A stretch of 64,000 bases of DNA from assembly GCA_027490995.1 (NCBI GenBank), contig JAIXWY010000015.1, positions 59,066-123,065 on the forward strand, in the 5' to 3' direction. How positions within the stretch are numbered: the first letter of the stretch is position 1; each line of letters starts with the position of its first letter. Below the pieces are notes generated by a model. It searched no databases. It worked only from the letters and a program-made list of their open reading frames with translations, and was not told the DNA's origin. A program made the translations under genes and the position numbers. This stretch comes from Opitutaceae bacterium (GTDB taxonomy: Bacteria; Verrucomicrobiota; Verrucomicrobiia; Opitutales; Opitutaceae). Shown in pieces: positions 22,736-32,045 of the stretch.

Positions 22736-23260
22736 ATGGACACGATTTCTCGGGAAAACACCAGCTACCTTCCGGTTGCCGGCGTCATTGTTGGAGTCCT
22801 CGCGCTGGTTTTGGCCGGCGTGGCTCTCGCCAAGGTCTCCTCCACTTCCAAGACGGTCACGGCTCACACCGAGCAGCTGACCCGAATGGACACGCTTGAA
22901 AGCGAGGTTCGCACGGCGGCGACTGCTTCGGACAAGGCCAGCTCGGCGGTGTCCGCGCTGCAGCGTTCGACGCAGGACGCGTTCAATGCCGTGAGTCTGG
23001 AGCTCGGCAACGTGAAGGGCGAGATCACCAAGCTGCAGGAGTCCGCCAAGGCTCCGCGCGCTGCCGCCAAGGGCGCAGCCCCGGCGGGTGGTGGTGCTGC
23101 TGTCGCGGGTGCCGGTGAGTATGTCATCAAGGCCGGCGACACGGGCGCCAAGATCGCGCGCGCGAACAATGTTTCCCTGCCCGACCTCATCGCCGTCAAT
23201 CCCGGCGTGAATTGGTCGAAGCTGAAGGTCGGCGACAAGGTCAAGCTGCCGAAGCGCTGA
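22736..23260 (+). CDS. LysM peptidoglycan-binding domain protein with N-terminal TM anchor and coiled-coil
   Basis: ORF 22685..23260 (TTG), ATG at 22736. TM segment LPVAGVIVGVLALVLAGVALA. C-terminal LysM domain YVIKAGDTGAKIARANNVSLPDLIAVNPGVNWSKLKVGDKVKLP. Confidence 0.8.
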   Translation: MDTISRENTSYLPVAGVIVGVLALVLAGVALAKVSSTSKTVTAHTEQLTRMDTLESEVRTAATASDKASSAVSALQRSTQDAFNAVSLELGNVKGEITKLQESAKAPRAAAKGAAPAGGGAAVAGAGEYVIKAGDTGAKIARANNVSLPDLIAVNPGVNWSKLKVGDKVKLPKR

Positions 23261-23282
23261 TCCGAAAAACGGTTTTTCCTCC

Positions 23283-23317
23283 GCCCCTTCGGCCCGCCGC
23301 TGAAGGGGCTTTTTATT
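23283..23317 (+). terminator. rho-independent terminator after the LysM gene
   Basis: GCCCCTTC (23283-23290) pairs with GAAGGGGC (23302-23309), followed by TTTTTATT. It sits 23 nt after the stop at 23258-23260. Confidence 0.65.
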
Positions 23318-23354
23318 GCCCGCCCGCGCCGGCGCCACCTCGTACCGACTCGCC

Positions 23355-23960
23355 TTGAATCCAAATTTCCATGACAGCCAAGCCGGTGCGCCGGCACCGG
23401 CGCACTGGCGTCGCGGGCCGGAGCGCCGGCTCGCCGCCACGCGCGTCTTCGACGTACACGGCGTGCAGTTCACGCATCCCGGGCGAGGCACGGAGCGCGA
23501 GTTCATCGTCGTGCACGTGCGCGACTGGGTGAACATCGTCGCGCTCACTCCCGAGGGTGACGTGGTGTTGGTGCGGCAGTTTCGATTTGGGATCGAGACG
23601 CTCTCGCTCGAAGTGCCGGGCGGGGTGATTGAGGCGGGTGAGGATCCCGTGGCGGCCGGCCTGCGCGAACTGCGCGAAGAGACCGGCTACGTGGGCGAGC
23701 GCGGCCGACTCATCGCGTCGATCCATCCCAATCCCGCCATCCAAGACAACCGCTGCCACATGGTGCTCGTCGAGAACGTGCGCCGGGTCGCGCCGACGGA
23801 GTGGGACGCGGACGAGGAGATCGAGGTGGTGACACTGCCGCTCGCGGAGGCACTGGCCCGCACCCGCGACGGCGGCATCACGCACGCGCTCGCGCTGAAC
23901 GCGCTGCACCTCGCGGCGCCGCTTTGGCGAGGCCGGGAAGGCGGCGCGGCGACCGCGTGA
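23355..23960 (+). CDS. NUDIX hydrolase (ADP-ribose pyrophosphatase-like)
   Basis: ORF 23316..23960. Nudix box GGVIEAGEDPVAAGLRELREETGY. The track start (TTG at 23316) sits in the terminator T-tail, so I prefer the in-frame TTG at 23355. There is no in-frame ATG upstream of the domain, so the start is uncertain. Confidence 0.8.
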   Translation: MNPNFHDSQAGAPAPAHWRRGPERRLAATRVFDVHGVQFTHPGRGTEREFIVVHVRDWVNIVALTPEGDVVLVRQFRFGIETLSLEVPGGVIEAGEDPVAAGLRELREETGYVGERGRLIASIHPNPAIQDNRCHMVLVENVRRVAPTEWDADEEIEVVTLPLAEALARTRDGGITHALALNALHLAAPLWRGREGGAATA

Positions 23961-24029
23961 CGATTTTGCTGTGACTCGGGCGCCGTTTGACACGCGCGGC
24001 GGCCGGGGCCACGGTGGTAGCTGTTGACC

Positions 24030-25292
24030 ATGTCCGCCCACGCTCCTGTCTTTGCCAACGCCCCGACTGCCCTCGGTGAGTCGACGGCGGGCCGTGTCCC
24101 GGTCGCGCTGGAGCAGGAGATCCGGCGCATCTATGAGCGCAGCCCACTTTACGGGGAGCGCTTCCCGCTGCATGCGGAGCCGCTGCGCTGGTCTTGCTAC
24201 GCCGAGCTCCCCGCGCTCTCGAAGAAAGAGATTGTCCAGCGCGGGCATCAGGCCTTCTTCCGGGATTACCGCGACATTGAGCGCGGTCTGGCGGAGAAGC
24301 GTTTCGAGTACGAGTCGACGGGTGGGACGACGCAGTCGCCGATGACGGTGATCATGGAAGACGGTTGGTGGAACGCGCAGACCGCGCGGGCCTACCTCGC
24401 GTCGCCGATCCTGCGGCAATTCGTTGGGCGCCCGTACCGCAAGTGTGTCCTCGCTCCCGTGGGTTGCTCCAGCAACCTCTGCCCGTACGAGGATCACCCC
24501 TTTCCGCACCGGTACTTTGACGGGACGGTTTATCTGAATCTGTCGAGTGATCCCTTCGTATTTCCCGAGAGCGAGTGGGATCGCATCGTGACGGAGTTGC
24601 AGGCGGTGAAGCCGGAAGTGCTGGAAGGCGAGCCGGTGTACCTCTCGCTGCTGGCCCGCGCCGCGCAGCGTCGGGGCGTCGCGGTGCCGAGCATTCGGGC
24701 GGTGATCCTCACCTACGGCAAGGCCAGCCGGCAGCATGCCCAACGCATCGCGGAAGTCTTTCCGGCGCCGCAAGTCGATCTCTACGGCTCTACCGAGGCA
24801 GGCTACCTGTTCGTCGGTGAGGCGTTTCGCGATGACTCGCGGGTGATCGACGCCAATGCCTTTGTCGAGCTCGTGCCCTACCGGGATTTGGCGGACGTCT
24901 TCCAGATCTTCGTGACCACGCGTGATCGCGAGGCGATGCCGTTGCTGCGGTACCAGACCGGGGACATTGTTCGTCGTTTTTCCACGGGTTACCGCCTGCT
25001 TGGCCGCGAGGGTGGACTGCACTTCCGGGCGGATGGCTCGCTGGTTTCGCCCTCAGAAGTCGACGCGGCGCTGCCGGAGGGCTTCCGGTGCTGGCATTAT
25101 TCCTTGGTTCAGACCTCGGACCACCGCTGGGACTTCCATTATGTGGCCGACGAAGGTGCGGACCATCCGGCGGTGGAGGCGGCGCTGGCGCAGTTGCTCG
25201 GAGACGGCGCGCGGGTGGTGGCGTTCCGCCGTCGCTTCATTGCTCCCGCCGCCAGCGGGAAGTTTTCCCTCCTCCGGCCCCTCGTCCGTTGA
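24030..25292 (+). CDS. adenylate-forming enzyme of the phenylacetate-CoA ligase / coenzyme F390 synthetase-like (CapK-like) family
   Basis: ORF 24024..25292, ATG at 24030. Contains YESTGGTTQSPMTV (P-loop-like A3 motif, 24315..24341), DLYGSTEAGYLFVG and RYQTGDIV, typical of the small PaaK/F390-synthetase-type adenylating enzymes. Confidence 0.7.
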   Translation: MSAHAPVFANAPTALGESTAGRVPVALEQEIRRIYERSPLYGERFPLHAEPLRWSCYAELPALSKKEIVQRGHQAFFRDYRDIERGLAEKRFEYESTGGTTQSPMTVIMEDGWWNAQTARAYLASPILRQFVGRPYRKCVLAPVGCSSNLCPYEDHPFPHRYFDGTVYLNLSSDPFVFPESEWDRIVTELQAVKPEVLEGEPVYLSLLARAAQRRGVAVPSIRAVILTYGKASRQHAQRIAEVFPAPQVDLYGSTEAGYLFVGEAFRDDSRVIDANAFVELVPYRDLADVFQIFVTTRDREAMPLLRYQTGDIVRRFSTGYRLLGREGGLHFRADGSLVSPSEVDAALPEGFRCWHYSLVQTSDHRWDFHYVADEGADHPAVEAALAQLLGDGARVVAFRRRFIAPAASGKFSLLRPLVR

Positions 25293-25485
25293 GGCGGGCC
25301 GTGGCCGACGACGGCCGACAGCGGCCTTCTCTTTGCGTTTAGCGGACCTAATAGCCGTGCCGTGAGGCTGAAGCGATGGGCACTGCCCTTTACACTTTTG
25401 CTTCGCCGTTTGTAACGTCCCTTCCATCGTCCTCTCGACGGCCTCCGCGCCCCCTCGGAGGATCTCCCCCCTGAACCACCTTACG

Positions 25486-26283
25486 ATGAGCCTCTCCGGC
25501 AACCTCTTTCGCACGTCCGTCGGCCGCAAATTCCTCATGGCGGTCACCGGCTTCATTCTCATCGGCTTTGTCACCGGACACCTCGTGGGCAACCTCCAGG
25601 TGTTCGGCCATCCGGACCAGCTCAACGGCTACGCGCACTTCCTGCAGTCTCTGGGAGGAGCGCTCTGGGCGGTGCGCCTTGTGCTGCTGGCTGCGGTGGT
25701 GATTCACGTGTGGGCGGCGGTGACGCTGACCCTGGACAGCCGCAAGGCGCGCGGTGCGGAGGGCTACGGCGTGCGGCGCTGGATCCGCGCGAGCCTCGCC
25801 TCGCGCTACATGCGGCTCTCGGGCCTCGTGGTGCTGGCCTTCATCGTTTACCACCTCGCGCACTTCACGCTCGGGACGGTGCAGACGGATAATTACAAGG
25901 GGCAACTCGCGCCCTACGCGATGGCCGCGGATTTCCACCTGTTGGGCTTCCCGGTGGTGGCGAAGGGTGAGGCGGTCGCGGATGTCTACAGCATGGTGTT
26001 CCTCGGCTTCGCGAATCCGTGGGTCTCGCTCTTCTACCTGGTCGCGATCAGCCTCCTCACCGTGCACTTGTTGCACGGGTTCGAGTCGATGTTCCAGACG
26101 ATCGGCTGGAAGAGCACGACCTGGGCTGGCTGGCTGCGCGGCGTGGCGGTCGCCTTTTGCCTCGCCTACCTCGCGGGCAACGTCGCGATTCCCGGATTGA
26201 TCCTCTCCGGCGTGGCCAAGCCCGCCGCCGGCACGACCGCCGCCGAGCGCCTCGCGGCACCGGCGAGCACGGATTCGCGCTGA
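25486..26283 (+). CDS. sdhC: succinate dehydrogenase / fumarate reductase cytochrome b subunit (b558 family)
   Basis: [41 protein letters not shown]..., five hydrophobic helices with conserved His residues. It lies first in an operon with the flavoprotein and Fe-S subunits. Confidence 0.85.
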   Translation: MSLSGNLFRTSVGRKFLMAVTGFILIGFVTGHLVGNLQVFGHPDQLNGYAHFLQSLGGALWAVRLVLLAAVVIHVWAAVTLTLDSRKARGAEGYGVRRWIRASLASRYMRLSGLVVLAFIVYHLAHFTLGTVQTDNYKGQLAPYAMAADFHLLGFPVVAKGEAVADVYSMVFLGFANPWVSLFYLVAISLLTVHLLHGFESMFQTIGWKSTTWAGWLRGVAVAFCLAYLAGNVAIPGLILSGVAKPAAGTTAAERLAAPASTDSR

Positions 26284-26345
26284 GCCCGTCCCGCCCCGAA
26301 ACCTTTCTCTCCCTCTCAACCTCACCCGCGCGCGCCGCGTTCCCC

Positions 26346-28268
<1,923 letters not shown>

Positions 28269-28319
28269 GCGCCGCCGTCCGCCCGCCGCCCCGCACAACC
28301 CGCCCCCACTCCTTTTCCC

Positions 28320-29132
<813 letters not shown>

Positions 29133-29135
29133 GCA

Positions 29136-29621
29136 TCAGGGCACGCCTGCCGCGGGCAGAAGGCCCGTCAGATCAATGGCCCCTTCGCTCTTGGTCTTGA
29201 TCTCCATTCGCTCCTCGCCCGCCGTCACGAACAGCGTGCTCTCAATGCGGTAGGCGGCCTGCTGCCGCTGGGCGACGTTGCGCAGGACGTTGAGCAGCGC
29301 GCCGTTCTTCACCATCACGGTCACGTCCTGCGTCCCCGTGGAGAGTGGCGCGAGGCCCACCGGACGATCGCTGACCGCCTGGCCGACGTAAGTGCCGTTG
29401 AGGTAGAACTTGTGCCGGGATCCGCCGAAGCCGACCGGGACCACGTTTTCGTTGGTGTACCGGAGGCCAAGGACGACCTGCGTCTCCAGGAGTTCAGCTT
29501 GGGCGGAACGGATCGTGACCACGCTCACCGCAATGCCGCCGAGCTTGCCCCCAGATCTGCAACCCCCGAGGAGCAGCGCGATCGCGACCAGCGGAAACAA
29601 AAGGAATGCTTTGCGGTTCAT
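29136..29621 (-). CDS. LEA14/LEA_2 (WHy, NDR1/HIN1-like) domain lipoprotein
   Basis: ORF 29136..29705, trimmed to the ATG at 29621. Lipobox MNRKAFLLFPLVAIALLLGGC. Beta-rich domain: VVLGLRYTNENVVPVGFGGSRHKFYLNGTYVGQAVSD...TQDVTVMV. Confidence 0.65.
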   Translation of the reverse strand: MNRKAFLLFPLVAIALLLGGCRSGGKLGGIAVSVVTIRSAQAELLETQVVLGLRYTNENVVPVGFGGSRHKFYLNGTYVGQAVSDRPVGLAPLSTGTQDVTVMVKNGALLNVLRNVAQRQQAAYRIESTLFVTAGEERMEIKTKSEGAIDLTGLLPAAGVP

Positions 29622-29769
29622 GCTTCGGTGGATGGCGGGACCGCGGGCCGATCGCAAGACTCCGCCCATTCGGAGTGTGCAGAAAGGCTCCTGCTTTGGG
29701 GCCAACGCCCACCGTGAGCCGCTATCGCACTACGATGGCATCACTAGGCCGATGGTCGGCCGACTTGGG

Positions 29770-30042
29770 TCAGAAAAGCGACAAGGCGCGTGCGCTCTCG
29801 AGTCCGACCCAGGCGACGCCACCGCCGACGGAGGCGGCGACGACAAAGCGGACGAGGCGCTGGCGGCGCAGGCGGGCTTCATGCCGGTCGGAGGCGATGC
29901 CGCGGCCGAGTCCCTGCTGCGCCATGAAGCTGACAAACTGCGCGTTTCGCAGCGCGGTGCGGCGTTCCAGGCGGGCGTTATCCACCTTCCCCAAAGGATG
30001 GAGAGGACGATGGAAGATCGACTGGAGAATCCGCTGCAGCAC
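29770..30042 (-). CDS. possible small protein (51-90 aa) with C-terminal hydrophobic segment
   Basis: The 90-codon ORF (GTG at 30042; internal ATG at 29925) has G/C at most third codon positions. This periodicity is out of phase with the lysA frame. C-terminal LVRFVVAASVGGGVAWVGL. No family recognised. Confidence 0.35.
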   Translation of the reverse strand: MLQRILQSIFHRPLHPLGKVDNARLERRTALRNAQFVSFMAQQGLGRGIASDRHEARLRRQRLVRFVVAASVGGGVAWVGLESARALSLF

Positions 30043-30135
30043 GGGTTGGAGAAGCTAAGTTTTGATTCGTTTTTTCAAGGGGAAACGCGCACTTTTTACG
30101 CCCTTCAGCCATTTTGTTCGCGAACTGCTTTTTTC

Positions 30136-31440
30136 ATGCACCACTTCCGCTACACGGGTAACGATCTGCACTGCGAATCCGTCAATCTCGCCGAGGTCGC
30201 GCGGCTCTACGGCACGCCGACCTACGTCTATAGCGCGGCGACGATGACCGACAATTACACGCGTTTGGCGAAGAGCCTGACCGGTCTCGATCTCCAGATC
30301 TGCTATGCGATGAAGGCGAACTCGGCGCTGGCGATCCTGCGTCACTTCGCGAACCTCGGCGCGGCCTTTGACCTCGTGAGCGGCGGCGAACTGCGCCGGG
30401 TGCTCGCCGCCGGAGCGAACGTGAAGCGCAGTGTCTTCGCGGGCGTCGGCAAGACGAGCGAGGAGATCGAGCTCGCGCTGCAGAACGGTATTTTTGCGTT
30501 CCACGTCGAGAGCGAGCCCGAGATGGCCCGCATCAATCACGTCGCCGGTCGCTTGGGCGTGAAGGCCCCGATCGCCATCCGCATCAATCCGGATGTCGAC
30601 GCGCACACACATGCCAAGATCACGACGGGCAAGTCGGACAACAAGTTCGGCATCCCGCTGAAGGTCGCCGGCGCCGCCTACGAGGCGGCCGCCAAGTACC
30701 CGAACCTGCGGATCAAGGGCGTGCAGATGCACATCGGTTCCCAGCTCACCGATGTCGCACCGTTCGTCGAGGCGGTGAAGAAGGTCACGCCGTTCGTCGC
30801 CGAGTTGAAGGCCAAGCACGGAATCGACTACTTCTCGATCGGTGGTGGCATCGGCATCATCTACCGCGACGCGTTGGCGAGCGGTTCCGCCGAGTGGTGG
30901 GACGCCCAGCCGGCCGGCCAGCGTCCGCTCACGCCCGAGGCCTACGGCGCCGCCCTGGTACCGCTCCTCCAGCCGCTCGGCCTGAAGATCCTGCTCGAGC
31001 CGGGCCGCTTCCTCGTCGGCAACGCCGGCGTCCTCCTCTCCCGGGTCGAATTCGTGAAGCGCGGTTCCGCGAAGAATTTCGTCATCATCGACGCCGCGAT
31101 GAACGACCTGGTGCGGCCCGCGATGTACGACGCCTTCCACGAGATTGTCCCGCTCCACCGCGACACGTCGCGCCCGGCAATGGTGTCCGACATCGTGGGC
31201 CCGGTTTGCGAGAGCGGAGACTGCTTCGCCAAGGAGCGCTCGCTCCAGCAGGTCGGCGAGGGCGAGTACGTGGCTTTGCTCAGCGCCGGCGCCTACGGCT
31301 ACACGATGGCCAGCCGCTACAACACGCGCGGCATGGCCGCCGAGGTGCTCGTCAAGGGCAGCGCGTTCGAACTCGTGCACGAGCGCGAGTCGTTCGAGAC
31401 GATGATCGCGGGCGAACGCGTCCCGGCGTTCCTCAAGTAG
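30136..31440 (+). CDS. lysA: diaminopimelate decarboxylase
   Basis: ORF 29410..31440, trimmed to the ATG at 30136 (MHHFRYTGNDLHCESVNLAEVARLYGTPTYVYS). PLP-lysine motif ICYAMKANSALAIL. Also contains GGGIGIIY, EPGRFLVGNAG and CESGD. Confidence 0.93.
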   Translation: MHHFRYTGNDLHCESVNLAEVARLYGTPTYVYSAATMTDNYTRLAKSLTGLDLQICYAMKANSALAILRHFANLGAAFDLVSGGELRRVLAAGANVKRSVFAGVGKTSEEIELALQNGIFAFHVESEPEMARINHVAGRLGVKAPIAIRINPDVDAHTHAKITTGKSDNKFGIPLKVAGAAYEAAAKYPNLRIKGVQMHIGSQLTDVAPFVEAVKKVTPFVAELKAKHGIDYFSIGGGIGIIYRDALASGSAEWWDAQPAGQRPLTPEAYGAALVPLLQPLGLKILLEPGRFLVGNAGVLLSRVEFVKRGSAKNFVIIDAAMNDLVRPAMYDAFHEIVPLHRDTSRPAMVSDIVGPVCESGDCFAKERSLQQVGEGEYVALLSAGAYGYTMASRYNTRGMAAEVLVKGSAFELVHERESFETMIAGERVPAFLK

Positions 31441-31451
31441 CCGAAGTGGTC

Positions 31452-31478
31452 CGGTCCACCGCCTCGCGCGGTGGATCG
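31452..31478 (+). terminator. GC-rich hairpin just after lysA (no U-tract)
   Basis: CGGTCCACCGC / GCGGTGGATCG forms about 12 bp with a 5-nt loop, 12 nt after the lysA stop. Its right arm can alternatively pair with CGATCCACC (31494-31502). Confidence 0.35.
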
Positions 31479-31797
31479 TCGCCCCGTTCCCGTCGATCCA
31501 CCGGCCCTGCCTAGGGGTGGTGGATGCTACCCGCCGTTGCGGAGCGGCACCCCCGTTCCCGGTTGTCTGGCGGCTGGTTCCGTCTTCGCTGACGGCGCAG
31601 GGTCGCGGCGTGCCGCCCGTCGCCTCCGTTTTCCTGCTGCGTGACCGCGCCCGCCCGAGTTGGCGGGGCGGCGCTGCGGACCCGCGCGCGAACGCGGACA
31701 CGCCGGTCCGTCGGACCGGCTCGCTCTTTCGTGTCTCCCCGCTGCGCGGGCAATCCCGTCCGCGGGCGAAAATCCGGGAGTCGCGAAGCATAACACC

Positions 31798-31995
31798 ATG
31801 AACTCAGTGACACGGTTGACCCTCGATGAAGCGGCGCTTGCTCAATGCCAGGGCGGCTTCCTGCCGGCCCTGCCCCCGATCCTGCCCTTTCGCTTGGACG
31901 ATGTACCCGGGCTGTGCGAGCCGCTGCGGCAGTTGATGCGCCCGACTACGCTGGCAGACTTTCTGCGACAGCTCGGCCTGTCGGCGGAGCAATAG
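31798..31995 (+). CDS. candidate double-glycine-leader peptide precursor (bacteriocin/pheromone-like), 65 aa
   Basis: ATG at 31798 inside track ORF 31660..31995. Sequence: MNSVTRLTLDEAALAQCQGG|FLPALPPILPFRLDDVPGLCEPLRQLMRPTTLADFLRQLGLSAEQ. GG codons at 31852..31857. About 3/4 of third positions are G/C. It ends 50 nt before the C39-ABC exporter gene on the same strand. Confidence 0.55.
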   Translation: MNSVTRLTLDEAALAQCQGGFLPALPPILPFRLDDVPGLCEPLRQLMRPTTLADFLRQLGLSAEQ

Positions 31996-32045
31996 TCCCA
32001 TGTCGTGGAGCGCGGGCGAGTCTGGACGTGGGGAGTGGCGCGACG

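Noticed and set aside
23313-25022. 569-aa minus-strand ORF spanning the NUDIX and adenylating-enzyme genes
   Set aside because: It runs antisense across two independent plus-strand genes and their intergenic region. The sequence is Arg-rich junk. The plus-strand genes carry clear family motifs.
26019-26345. N-terminal extensions of track ORFs (for example sdhA from 26019, lysA from 29410, anmK to 60283, ADH from 47623, SDR from 48726, metW from 41246)
   Set aside because: The extensions overlap upstream genes, are Arg/Gly-rich, and precede canonical N-termini that begin at internal ATGs (MAKLDSKIP..., MHHFRYTG..., MSDLFIGTLSG..., and so on). They were trimmed.
30043-30135. Lysine (L-box) riboswitch upstream of lysA
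   Set aside because: The leader is only ~90 nt and AT-rich (promoter-like). That is far too short for an L-box, and it shows none of its helices.
30055-31791. 578-aa minus-strand ORF opposite lysA and the lysA-peptide intergenic region
   Set aside because: It is antisense to lysA (clear PLP-decarboxylase motifs). The product is Arg/Gly/Ala-rich with no motifs.
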